Assembly: GCA_003576805.1 (NCBI GenBank)
Contig: QEVM01000003.1
Span: 1,016-65,015 of the forward strand
DNA: 64,000 nucleotides
Source: Pseudomonadota bacterium
GTDB taxonomy: Bacteria > Myxococcota_A > UBA9160 > PR03
Direction: 5' to 3'
Notes under the pieces: generated by a model
Databases searched by the model: none
What the model was told of the DNA's origin: nothing
The model's input: only the letters and a program-made list of their open reading frames with translations
Part shown: positions 38,918 to 48,356 of the stretch, in pieces
Numbering within the stretch: position 1 is the stretch's first letter
Layout of the letters: each line of letters opens with the position of its first letter
Program-made: the position numbers and the translations under genes

Positions 38918-41900
38918 CCGAGCCGCGCGCGGCGGGCGAGCAGCTCGCGCAGGGTCGGGAGATCCACCGGCTTCACGAGGTGCGTGTCGAAGCCGGCGGC
39001 TTCCGACGTGCGGCGGTCCGCGTCCTGGCCGTAGCCCGTCATGGCGACGATCAGCGCGTCCGCGAGCCCGTCCTCGCGCATCGCACGGCACGCGTCGTAG
39101 CCGCTGCGCTTGGGCAGGCCGATGTCGAGCAGCACCACGTCGGGCCGCTCGGCGCAGGCGCGCGCGACGGCTTCGTCGCCGTCGTGCGCGATCGACACGG
39201 CGTGTCCGTCCATCTCGAGCAGCAGCGCCATGCTCTCGGCCGAGTCGCGCAGGTCGTCGACGACGAGAACGCGCAGCGGCCGCGCGGTCTTCGGGGGCGC
39301 CGTCGCCTTCGGCGCCGCTTGCGTCTGTGGCTCGTCCGGCAGGCACGGCAGGCGCACGACGAACTCGCTGCCGCGGCCGCGGCCCTCGCTGTGCGCCTCG
39401 ACGCGGCCGCCGTGCATCGCGACCAGGCTCTTCACCAGCGAGAGCCCGATGCCGAGGCCGCCGTCCGCGCGGTCGAGCTGGTGGTCCACCTGGAAGAACA
39501 GGTCGAACACGCTGCCGAGCGCGGCGGGGTCGATGCCCTGCCCGCTGTCGCGCACGCGCAGCACGGCCTCCGCCGCGCCGCCGTCGCCGGCGCGCTCGAG
39601 CGAGATCCGGATGCGGCCGCCCCGGTCGGTGTACTTGGCCGCGTTGTGCAGCAGGTTGCCGACGACCTGGACCAGGCGCGCGAAGTCGCCGTCGACCGGC
39701 AGCGGCTCGCGCGGCAGCACGACGTCGAGCCGATGGCCGCGCGCCTCGACAAACGGGCGGCTCGTCTCGACGGCGTGGCGCACCGCGGTCGCGAGCTCGA
39801 GCGGCCCTTTTTGGAGCTGGATCATGCTGCGCGACACGCGCGCGACGTCGAGGAGGTCGTCCACCAGCCGCGCCATGTGCTCCACCTGGCGCTCGATCAT
39901 GTCGCGCGCGCCGTCGAGCGTCGGCTCCTTCGGGCCGACCAGGCGGATGATCTCGACCGCGTTGCGGATCGGCGCCAGCGGATTGCGCAGCTCGTGGCCG
40001 AGCATCGCGAGGAACTCGTCCTTGCGCCGATCGGCGAGCCGCAGCGCCGCCTCCGCGCGCTTGCGGTCGGTGACGTCGTGCCCCTCCGCCACCAGCAGCA
40101 CGATCTCGCCGCGCTCGTCGCGAACCGGCGAGAGCGAGAAGTCGACGGTGCCGTCGCTGCCGTCGCCGCGCCGGTAGTCGAGCTCGAAGCGCAGCAGCTC
40201 GCCCGCGCGCGCGCGCCGGATGGCCTCGCGCACGCGGTCGCGCTCGTCCGGGCGCTGCGAGAACCAAACCGCTTCCCACAGCCGGGTGCCGACGACGTCG
40301 CCGGCGGAGGTTCCCATCCCGGCGAGCGCGCTGCGGTTGGCCTCGAGGACGGTGCCGTCCGGCGCGAGCAGCGCGATGTAGTGGAAGGCGGAGTCGAAGA
40401 TGCCGCGCAGACGCCGTTCGCGGTCGCGCAGGGCGGCCTCGGCGCGCGCGCGCTCGAGCCGCAGGTGCACGCGCGCCGCGACCTCCTGGAGCAGCACGAC
40501 CTCGTCGTCGCGCACGGCGACCACGCCGCCCGCGCGGAGCTGCGCGAGGAACGCGTCGCCGAGGCGCTCGGCGAGCCGCCCGTCGTCGCCCACGGCCTCC
40601 GCGCCGCCGAGTACGGCCAGCGCTGCGCCGTCCGCGCCGGCGCCGTGGAAGCTCGCGTGCGCGACGTCGAAGTGACGCGCGACGAGTCGCGCGGCGGCCT
40701 CCGCAATCTCGAGCGGCGACGAGAGCGGCGCCAGCGCGGTGCCGAGATCGGACAGGAACGCCAGCGCGAGCTGGGCGCGGCGGCGATCGGTCACGTCGGT
40801 CACGAGTGCCACCAGGTGCGCCGGCGCGCCCGACTCGTCGCGCAGCAGCGACACGAACTTCTGCACCCAGACCGGCGCGCCGTCGCGGCGCACGTAGCGG
40901 TTCTCGATCTCGAAGAACGGCAGCTCCTCGTCCATCAGCCGGCGCACCGCGGCGAGGTTCTCCGCGCGGTCGTCGGGATGCACGAGGTCCGCGAACGCGA
41001 TCTCGCGCAGCTCCTTCTCCGTGTAGCCGACGATCGCGGAGAAGGCGGCGTTGCACTCGAGGAAGCGGCCCGTCCAGTCGGTGAACGCGATGCCCGTCGC
41101 CGCGTGATCGAAGATGTTGCGAAAGCGCGCCTCGCTCGCGTGCATCGCGGCTTCGGCGCGCTTGCGCTCGCCGATGTCCTGCACCTCGATCACGGTGCCG
41201 ACCGGCTTGCCGTCGGCGTCGCGGATCGGGCTCGCGGTGAACGCGACGTCGTAGAAGCGGCCGTCCTTGTGGACGAACACATCCTCGCCGCGCTCGCGGT
41301 CGTTCGACGGGAACGCGCGGTCGATCGGGCATTCGGCGAGCGGGACCGGGGAGCCGTCGGGCCGCGTGTGGTGGATGGCGTCGTGCAGCGGCCGGCCGCG
41401 CAGCTCGTCGATCGTGAAGCCGGTCATTTGCTCGGCGGCCGGGTTCATGAAGACGCACTCCTGCCGCGCGTCCATCAGGAAGAGCGCCAGGCTCGCGTTG
41501 TCGGTGACCGACGCCAGCAGCCGCTGCTGCTCCTGCAGCGCGTCCGCCACCGTCGCGCGCTCCGACACGTCGCGCGCGGCCGCGTCGTACTCGCGCACGC
41601 AGCCGTCCTCGATGCGGCCCGCGATCGAGACGAGCATCAGCTTGCGGTGGCCCGCGCGGTCGAGGTGCTCGGTGCGCGCCTGCGCGAGGCGGTGATCGCT
41701 CGCGACGAGCCGCAGCATCATCGCCTCGTTGTCCGCGGTGCGCGGCAGCACGTCGCCGAGCGGCTGGCCGGCGAGGTCCTTGGCGCGGTCGTAGCCGTGC
41801 CAGCGCGCGAAGCCGTCGCCGACGGCGACGAAGAACGCCTCGCGGTAGATCCAGTCGACCTGCTCGTGCGGCGCGAGGCGCAGCGGCAGCGGCTCGCGCA

Positions 41901-41997
41901 GGCGCACGTGGAACACCATGTCCGAGGTGTTCTCGAGCAGGAAGCGGTAGCGCTCCTCGGAGCTCACGTTCGATCGAGTTCCGAGCTGCGTGCGCAC
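38914..41997 (-). CDS. Hybrid sensor histidine kinase with multiple PAS domains and a C-terminal receiver
   Basis: Several PAS/PAC units. HisKA 'FLAMLGHELRNPLAPI'. HATPase 'GGLGIGLSLV'. REC 'VLVVDDLRDS...DVVLLDIGLP'. Confidence 0.85.
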   Translation of the reverse strand: MRTQLGTRSNVSSEERYRFLLENTSDMVFHVRLREPLPLRLAPHEQVDWIYREAFFVAVGDGFARWHGYDRAKDLAGQPLGDVLPRTADNEAMMLRLVASDHRLAQARTEHLDRAGHRKLMLVSIAGRIEDGCVREYDAAARDVSERATVADALQEQQRLLASVTDNASLALFLMDARQECVFMNPAAEQMTGFTIDELRGRPLHDAIHHTRPDGSPVPLAECPIDRAFPSNDRERGEDVFVHKDGRFYDVAFTASPIRDADGKPVGTVIEVQDIGERKRAEAAMHASEARFRNIFDHAATGIAFTDWTGRFLECNAAFSAIVGYTEKELREIAFADLVHPDDRAENLAAVRRLMDEELPFFEIENRYVRRDGAPVWVQKFVSLLRDESGAPAHLVALVTDVTDRRRAQLALAFLSDLGTALAPLSSPLEIAEAAARLVARHFDVAHASFHGAGADGAALAVLGGAEAVGDDGRLAERLGDAFLAQLRAGGVVAVRDDEVVLLQEVAARVHLRLERARAEAALRDRERRLRGIFDSAFHYIALLAPDGTVLEANRSALAGMGTSAGDVVGTRLWEAVWFSQRPDERDRVREAIRRARAGELLRFELDYRRGDGSDGTVDFSLSPVRDERGEIVLLVAEGHDVTDRKRAEAALRLADRRKDEFLAMLGHELRNPLAPIRNAVEIIRLVGPKEPTLDGARDMIERQVEHMARLVDDLLDVARVSRSMIQLQKGPLELATAVRHAVETSRPFVEARGHRLDVVLPREPLPVDGDFARLVQVVGNLLHNAAKYTDRGGRIRISLERAGDGGAAEAVLRVRDSGQGIDPAALGSVFDLFFQVDHQLDRADGGLGIGLSLVKSLVAMHGGRVEAHSEGRGRGSEFVVRLPCLPDEPQTQAAPKATAPPKTARPLRVLVVDDLRDSAESMALLLEMDGHAVSIAHDGDEAVARACAERPDVVLLDIGLPKRSGYDACRAMREDGLADALIVAMTGYGQDADRRTSEAAGFDTHLVKPVDLPTLRELLARRARLG

Positions 41998-42135
41998 GGC
42001 TGGCGCGAATGGCGTCGCACGAATCCCCCAGCGCCCCCGCCAGGATCCCGATGCTAACGCGACGGTCGCCGCGCGCAGCCCGTTCCCGCCTTCGCGCGCG
42101 GCGGAAATTCTTACACCCCGGCGCGCGACGCGGCG

Positions 42136-43863
42136 TCAGTACCCCTGGACGCTGCGCGCCTTGCGGAACTGCTCCCAGCCCGGCGGCTGGGTGTTGAGCT
42201 GCTGGTCGACCTGCACGTGCAGCACGGCGGGCTTGCCCGCGGCGACGGCGCGCGCGAGCGCGGGCTCCATGTCCTCGATGCGCTCGACGCGCTCGCCGTG
42301 GCAGCCGAGGCTGCGCGCGAGGTCGTCGTACGCGACGCGCGCGAGGTCGATGCCGCGGCCCGCCCAGTCGTCGGCGCCGTGTCCCTGCGCGAGGTACGCG
42401 GTCTTCTCCATGCCCCACGCGTCGTCGACCGCGACCACCACCACGATCGGAAGCTTCTCGCGCGCCGCGGTCTCGAGCTCCATCGGATGGAAGCCGAACG
42501 CGCCGTCGCCGGTGATCAGGCACACCGGCCGGTCGGGCGCGGCCAGCTTGGCGCCGAGCGCGAACGGAAGCCCGGTGCCGAGGTATCCCATCTTCACCGA
42601 GTAGAGGAAGCTCGGCGACGAGAGGATCGGGTGGAACGCGACACCGGTCAGCGTCGTGTTGCCGCCGTCGAGCACCGTGATCGACTCGGGCGGGAAGTGC
42701 TGGCGGATCGCCATCACCATGCGGCCCGGGTTGACGCCGGTCGTGCACGCGGTGCCGAGGTACGCGATGCCGGTCTGCATGGTCTCGGCGCTCTTCTCGC
42801 GGTAGCGCGCGAGGTCGGCCGGCGCGCCGCGCGGACCGGTGAGCTTGCGCACCGCCTCGAGCAGCGCCGCGAGCGAGAGCCGCGCGTCCGCCACGATCCC
42901 GAGGTCCACCGGGCGGTTCAATCCGATCGACATTGGGTCGGCGTCGATCTGGATCGTCGTCTGACGCGACGGGTCGCCCCACATCGGCGGGCCGCCCCAG
43001 CCGTCGTACTCGCCGAGCCGCGCGCCCACGACCAGGACGGCGTCGGCCTCGGCGCGCGCGAGGCCCGCGCCGTTGAGATCGAAGGGATGGAAGCAGTGCG
43101 GATGGCTCTCGGCGATCACCCCGCGCGCGCCGAGGCTCGTGCCCATCGTCGCGCCGAGGTGCTCGCCGAGCGCGACGAGCTCCTTGCCGGCGTCCGCCCA
43201 GAGCGCGCCCTTGCCGGCGTGCAGGTGGATGCGGCGCGCGTTCGCGAGCAGCTCCGCCGCGCGCGCGATCGCGCTCGGATCGCCCGCGCCCATGCTGGTC
43301 ACGCGGTAGCGCGCGGCCTCGTGGATCGGCGGCAGCCGCTCCGCGTCGATCTTCTCGAGCAGCAGCTCGTCGGGGATCGCGAGGTAGGCGGGTCCCGGGC
43401 GGCCCGTCATCGCGGCGCGGAACGCCGCGCGCATCATCTCGGGCAGCCGCTCCCACTGGCGCACCGTCGCGGCGTACTTGGTGATCGGCCGCGCCATGCT
43501 CTCGGTGTCGGCCGACTGCCAGGCGCCGCCGCGGTTCGGATCGCTCTTGATGCGCGGCCGCAGCGTTCCGATCGCGACGATCGGATGTCCCTCGGCGTGC
43601 GCGGACACCACGCCCGCGAGCATGTTGCCCGTGCCGCAGCCCGGGTTGCCGATCACGACGGCGGGCTTGCGCGCGATGCGCGTGTAGCCCTCGGCGACGT
43701 GCACCGCGGCCTCTTCGTGGTGCGCGTTGACGTAGCGAATGCCGTAGCGCTGCGTGTGCAGCACGATCGGGATGTGCGCGCCGTCGATGATGCCGGTGAC
43801 CAGCTCGATCCCTTCCGCGTGCAGACAGCGGACCAGCAGCTCGCCGACGGTGATCTCGGCCAT
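42136..43863 (-). CDS. Thiamine-diphosphate-dependent enzyme (acetolactate synthase large-subunit-like family)
   Basis: N-terminal 'HEEAAVHVAEGYTR...GPGCGTGN'-type PYR domain and C-terminal 'ITGDGAFGF' ThDP/Mg (GDG...N) motif. GAGAGGAGA RBS. Confidence 0.85.
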   Translation of the reverse strand: MAEITVGELLVRCLHAEGIELVTGIIDGAHIPIVLHTQRYGIRYVNAHHEEAAVHVAEGYTRIARKPAVVIGNPGCGTGNMLAGVVSAHAEGHPIVAIGTLRPRIKSDPNRGGAWQSADTESMARPITKYAATVRQWERLPEMMRAAFRAAMTGRPGPAYLAIPDELLLEKIDAERLPPIHEAARYRVTSMGAGDPSAIARAAELLANARRIHLHAGKGALWADAGKELVALGEHLGATMGTSLGARGVIAESHPHCFHPFDLNGAGLARAEADAVLVVGARLGEYDGWGGPPMWGDPSRQTTIQIDADPMSIGLNRPVDLGIVADARLSLAALLEAVRKLTGPRGAPADLARYREKSAETMQTGIAYLGTACTTGVNPGRMVMAIRQHFPPESITVLDGGNTTLTGVAFHPILSSPSFLYSVKMGYLGTGLPFALGAKLAAPDRPVCLITGDGAFGFHPMELETAAREKLPIVVVVAVDDAWGMEKTAYLAQGHGADDWAGRGIDLARVAYDDLARSLGCHGERVERIEDMEPALARAVAAGKPAVLHVQVDQQLNTQPPGWEQFRKARSVQGY

Positions 43864-43919
43864 GGCAGGCGTCTCCTCTCTCGTTCAGTCCGCTCGGAAC
43901 TGGATCGCGCGCACTCCGC

Positions 43920-45146
43920 TCATCGCCCGGCCCGCCGTGATGCGGGCTCGATCACGAGGCCGGCGAGGCCGCGCACGTTGCTCGAGTGCATGCGCTCGAC
44001 GCCGTCGGCCGGCGTCTCGTAGTCGGGCCAGCGGCGCAGGAACTCCTCGATGCCGATCCGCGACTCGAGCCGCGCGAGCGACGCGCCCAGGCAGAAGTGG
44101 CGGCCGTAGCCGAAGCCGAGGTGCAGCTCGATGTCGCGGCGCACGTCGTAGCGGTCGGGATCCGCGAAGCGGCGCTCGTCGCGGCCGCTCGCGCCGTTCA
44201 CGAGGAGCACGCGCGCGTGCTTCGGTATGCGCGCGCCGTGCAGCGCCACCTCGCGCGTCGTGATGCGGCCCTGGTACTGCGAGGGCGGGTCGAAACGCAG
44301 CGTCTCCTCGACGGCGTTGGCGATCCAGTGCGGTTCGCGCACGAGGATGCGCCGCTGGTCGGGGCTGCGCGCCAGCTCGAGGAACGCGGTCGCGAGCAGC
44401 TTCGTCACCGTCTCGTTGCCCGCGGTCGCGAGCAGGATGAAGAACGAGCGGATCTCCTCGTCGGCGAGCCGCTGCGCGCCGCCGTCGTCGGCCTCGACCT
44501 CGACCTGCACGAGGTCGCTCATGAGGTCGTCCTTCGGCGCGCGGCGGCGCTCGGCGATCTGCGCGTCCCAGTACGGGATCAGCTCGAGCGACGCGCGGAT
44601 CGCCTCGGGCGTCGGGTGCGGGTTGCCCGGCTCGCGGTGCAGCATCAGATTCGCCTTGCTCTGCACCATGGCGCGATCGGCTTCGGGGATGCCGAGCAGC
44701 GTGCTGATCACGTCCATCGGCAGCCGCGCGGTGAACTCGCGCACGACGTCGAAGCGCGGCCGGCCGACCAGCGCGTCGAGGTGGCGCGCCGCGATCGCGC
44801 GGATCATCGGCTCGAGCGCGCGCACCCGGTTCAGCGTGAACGCCTTCGAGACCAGCTTGCGGTAGCGCGTGTGGCGCGGCGCATCCATGTAGATCATGAG
44901 GCCCATCGCGTCCTTCGGGCCGTCCATGAACTCGAGGCTGGTGCCCCAGGTCGACGAGTACGTCGCCGGGTCGAGGAAGGCGTCGAGGTTGTCCTGGAAG
45001 CGCGTCAGCGCCCAGAAGTCGAGGCGCTCGTTGCGGTAGGCGGGCGCCTCGTCGCGCATCCAGCGGTAGACGGGATACGGGTCCTGGTCGAGCTCGTACG
45101 AGAACGGGTCGTACTCGAGATCGGCGCGGGGAAGGGCTCGCGACAT
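43920..45146 (-). CDS. Cytochrome P450
   Basis: Heme loop 'FGYGRHFCLGASLA', 'EETLRF' (ExxR), I-helix 'LLATAGNETV'. Confidence 0.9.
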   Translation of the reverse strand: MSRALPRADLEYDPFSYELDQDPYPVYRWMRDEAPAYRNERLDFWALTRFQDNLDAFLDPATYSSTWGTSLEFMDGPKDAMGLMIYMDAPRHTRYRKLVSKAFTLNRVRALEPMIRAIAARHLDALVGRPRFDVVREFTARLPMDVISTLLGIPEADRAMVQSKANLMLHREPGNPHPTPEAIRASLELIPYWDAQIAERRRAPKDDLMSDLVQVEVEADDGGAQRLADEEIRSFFILLATAGNETVTKLLATAFLELARSPDQRRILVREPHWIANAVEETLRFDPPSQYQGRITTREVALHGARIPKHARVLLVNGASGRDERRFADPDRYDVRRDIELHLGFGYGRHFCLGASLARLESRIGIEEFLRRWPDYETPADGVERMHSSNVRGLAGLVIEPASRRAGR

Positions 45147-45713
45147 CGAGCACACGCTACCACGCGCTTCGGCGCGCGGGCGCGCGTCGCATCGCGTGCG
45201 CACTCGCCGCTGCACGCGCCGCGCGGCGGCGCATTGCAGCGCACGGCCGCTGCGTGCTCGACGTCTCGAATGTCGCCTTCGCCGACGCCGCGACCGTGCC
45301 GCTCGACGCCTCGTCCGGCTTCGCGCCGGCCAATCGTCGTTCCCATTCGTCGCGGACGGCCAGCGCTTCGCTCGCTCGATCGCGAGCCGCGCCGCATCTC
45401 CGCCGGCACCGGCGGCCCGCGTGTGCGCGGGCGGGTCGGCCGCGCCGCGGCCGGGGGACCGAGAGCCCGGCTGCGCAGCGCGCCGGCAGCGCACGGGCAG
45501 CGGCGCGGCGGCGGACGAGCAGCCGCCGTCACGCCGCGACTCGAAGCTTTCGTCACCCGGTCCGCTCGACGGGGCACTCAACCGATACGGGTCGGGCGCC
45601 ACGGAAGTCGGACACCCTCCGGGGACCGGCTTTGTCGGAACACGACCGAGACTTACCCTGACCGGGCCGCGCGACACGAACGACGTTCGACCCCGAGGCC
45701 GACGGAGGAAGCG

Positions 45714-46580
45714 ATGGAAGCCACCGAGCGGATCGCCGAGAAGCTGACCCGCGCCTCGCAGAAGTTCTTCTACGACGTCACCACCAAGCTCGATTGGCCC
45801 GCGACGCTCGATCACTCGACGTGGTGCATGTCGCCCGAGCTGGTCTCGCTCCACGGCACCCCGCTCTGGGACGAGATGGACGACGAGGCGCGCCGCAAGC
45901 TCGCCTTCTACGAGATCGCCGGCTTCTTCAGCATGACGCTGAACGGCGAGCGCCCGCTGCTCGAAGGCATGAGCCACCGCATCTACACGCTCGAGAAGCG
46001 ACTCCCGGTGCTCGAGTACCTGCACCACTTCCTCGACGAAGAGAACAAGCACATGATGATGTTCTCCGGCTATCTGCGGCGCTACGTCGGGAAGGTGTAC
46101 CCGGAGAAGAAGATCCCGTTCGCGCGGCCGATGGCGAAGGGCGAAGAGGACATCGCGTTCTTCCTGAAGGTGCTGATCGTCGAGGAGCTGTCGGACTACT
46201 ACAACGTCCACATGGGCCACGACGAGCGGCTGCCCAAGATCATCCGCGACATCAACTGGACGCATCACGTCGACGAGGCGCGCCACGTCCACTTCGGCCG
46301 CAACTACATGAAGCAGCTCTGGGACCAGCACACCCCGGCGTGGTCGCCCGAGCAGCTCGCGTCGTTCCGCGGCTGGCTGGTCGACTACATCAATGCGAGC
46401 TGGCGCGACTTCTACCACCCCGGCGTCTACAAGGACGCCGGCTTCGCCGATCCCTACGCCGCGCGCAAGCTGGCGATCGAGTCGCCCGTCTGCCGCGCGC
46501 ACCGGCAGAAGTGCTCGGAGCGCTTCCTCTCCAACCTGGTGGATTCGGGCGTGCTGCCCGCGATCCCGGAGCTGGCATGA
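45714..46580 (+). CDS. Ferritin-like di-iron oxygenase (AurF/CmlI-like family, assignment by motif)
   Basis: Two ExxH boxes ('LDEENKHMMMF', 'HVDEARHVHF') plus additional carboxylates in four-helix-bundle spacing. GGAGGAAGCG RBS. Stop overlaps the ACP start (ATGA). Confidence 0.6.
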   Translation: MEATERIAEKLTRASQKFFYDVTTKLDWPATLDHSTWCMSPELVSLHGTPLWDEMDDEARRKLAFYEIAGFFSMTLNGERPLLEGMSHRIYTLEKRLPVLEYLHHFLDEENKHMMMFSGYLRRYVGKVYPEKKIPFARPMAKGEEDIAFFLKVLIVEELSDYYNVHMGHDERLPKIIRDINWTHHVDEARHVHFGRNYMKQLWDQHTPAWSPEQLASFRGWLVDYINASWRDFYHPGVYKDAGFADPYAARKLAIESPVCRAHRQKCSERFLSNLVDSGVLPAIPELA

Positions 46581-46819
46581 ACGACGTCGTGATCAAGGAC
46601 CGACTGCGCGGCTGGATCTTCGACCGCGCCAAGGACAAGCCCGCCGAGCTGAAGGACGACACGCCCGTCCTCGAGAGCGGCATCCTCTCCTCGCTCGACG
46701 TGGTCGAGCTGATCCTCTTCATCGAGGAGATCAAGGGCGAGGAGGTCGCGGTGGACGCGCTCGAAGCCGACTCGATCCGCGACGTCAACGCGATCTACGC
46801 CACCTTCTTCGCGAGCTGA
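46577..46819 (+). CDS. Stand-alone acyl/peptidyl carrier protein (80 aa)
   Basis: 'LESGILSSLDVVELILFIE' is a carrier-protein helix-2 Ser motif. Size, acidity and position next to an adenylating enzyme fit. Confidence 0.7.
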   Translation: MNDVVIKDRLRGWIFDRAKDKPAELKDDTPVLESGILSSLDVVELILFIEEIKGEEVAVDALEADSIRDVNAIYATFFAS

Positions 46820-46820
46820 G

Positions 46821-48356
46821 TCAGGGCGCGAAGACCAGGTCCCACGCGACCTTCCGATCGCTCTTCCCGTTCGGCGTGCGCGGCATGTCCGTCGCGACGG
46901 CGATCTTGCGCGGGACCATGTAGGCCGGGAGCCGGCCCTGGAGCGCGGCGGCGACGTCCCGCTTCGTCGTCCCCGGCGCGAGCACGACCAGCGCGCCGAT
47001 GCACTTCTCGTCCATGACGGGGCTGTCGTTGAAGACGACGACGCCTTCGAGCACGCCGTCGATCTTGAGCAGCACCGACTCGATCTCGCCGAGCTCGATG
47101 CGGTTGCCCATGTACTTGATCTGCTGATCGCGGCGCCCGACGAACAAGATCGAGCCGTCGGGCCCGATGCGGCCGAGGTCGCCGGTGCAGTAGATCGGGT
47201 CGTGGAAGAGATCGTGGCGCGGGTTCTGCACGAATGCGGCGCGCGTGCGCTCGGGATCGCCGAGATAGCCGTACGCAACCGAGTTGCCGCGCACGACGAT
47301 CTCGCCCTCGGCGCCCGGCTCGGCGGAGAGCGAGCCGTCCTCGCGGCGCACGAACACCTCCATGTTGCGGCGCGGCTTCCCGATCGGGATCGCGGTCGCG
47401 TCGGGATCGGGCTTCTCGCGGATCACGTGGTAGGTGCAGTCCACGGTGATCTCGGTCGGGCCGTACATGTTGGTGAACTGGATGTCCGGGTAGAGCTCCA
47501 TCCAGCGGCGCACGACGTCGGGCGGCAGCACCTCGCCAGCGGCGATCACGTGGCGCAGCGCCGGGAACGAGTCGGGCGCGAGGCGGCCCGACTTCAGCAG
47601 GATCGTCATCACGCTCGGCACGCAGAAGAAGGTGGTGACGCCGCGCTCGCGCAGCCACGAGATCATCTTGGGCATGATCAGATTGAGGTCGTCGTGCACG
47701 AGGTGCAGCGAGGCGCCGGTCTTGAAGGCGCAATAGAGGTCGAAGGTCGAGTTGTCGAAGTAGAGCGGCGCGTGGTTGGCAAGGACGTCGCGGTCGCTGA
47801 GCGCGTAGGTCTCCACGCACCACTCGATGTAGTCCACGATCATCTGGTGGCTGATCATCACGCCCTTCGGCGTGCCGGTGGAGCCGGACGTGAAGAGCAC
47901 GTACGCGACGTCGATGGAGAGGTTCGCGTAGTCGAGCGGGTCGCCCGGATCCTCGGGCGCACGATCGAGGCTCACGACGTCGAGCCGCGCGGCGCTCGGG
48001 CAGATCTCGCGCAGGCGCGCCTCGGTGGCGGCGTCGACGATCACCTGACGCGCGCGCGTCGCGGCGAGGATCGACTCGATGCGCGGGCCCGGCGACGTCG
48101 TGTCGAGCGGGACGTAGGTGCAGTCGGCCTTCAGGATGGAGAGGATCGCCTCGATCGCGTGCACGCCCTTCTTGAGGAAGAGCGGCACGAAGTCGCCGCG
48201 CCGGGCGCCGCGCCGGCGCAGCTCGCGGGCGCGCGCGTTGGTGCGCGACTCGAGCTCGCCGTAGGAGATCGCGTCCTGCGCGCACGAGACGGCCAGCTTG
48301 GCCGGGAAGCGTCGCGCGGACTCGCTGAAGTACTGCTGGACGAGCGTGGTCACCAC
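46821..48356 (-). CDS. Stand-alone amino-acid adenylation enzyme (DltA-like / NRPS A-domain)
   Basis: A3 'LFTSGSTGTPKGV', A4 'YFDNSTFDL' (Asp present, suggesting an alpha-amino substrate), A5 'NMYGPTE', A7 'YCTGD', A8 'GRRDQQIKYMGNRIELGEIE', A10 'PNGKSDRK'. Confidence 0.9.
   Translation of the reverse strand: MVTTLVQQYFSESARRFPAKLAVSCAQDAISYGELESRTNARARELRRRGARRGDFVPLFLKKGVHAIEAILSILKADCTYVPLDTTSPGPRIESILAATRARQVIVDAATEARLREICPSAARLDVVSLDRAPEDPGDPLDYANLSIDVAYVLFTSGSTGTPKGVMISHQMIVDYIEWCVETYALSDRDVLANHAPLYFDNSTFDLYCAFKTGASLHLVHDDLNLIMPKMISWLRERGVTTFFCVPSVMTILLKSGRLAPDSFPALRHVIAAGEVLPPDVVRRWMELYPDIQFTNMYGPTEITVDCTYHVIREKPDPDATAIPIGKPRRNMEVFVRREDGSLSAEPGAEGEIVVRGNSVAYGYLGDPERTRAAFVQNPRHDLFHDPIYCTGDLGRIGPDGSILFVGRRDQQIKYMGNRIELGEIESVLLKIDGVLEGVVVFNDSPVMDEKCIGALVVLAPGTTKRDVAAALQGRLPAYMVPRKIAVATDMPRTPNGKSDRKVAWDLVFAP

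Noticed and set aside
36209-43456. 2415-aa minus-strand ORF
   Set aside because: It spans several independent genes in other frames and strands (DUF1615, PD40 protein, histidine kinase, ThDP enzyme). The composition is Arg/Ala/Pro-dominated. There is no start context or domain signal.
45196-45747. ORFs of 135-190 aa inside the P450 / di-iron oxygenase intergenic region
   Set aside because: Arg/Ser/Ala/Pro-rich translations with no RBS, no motifs and no GC3 pattern distinct from the alternative frames.
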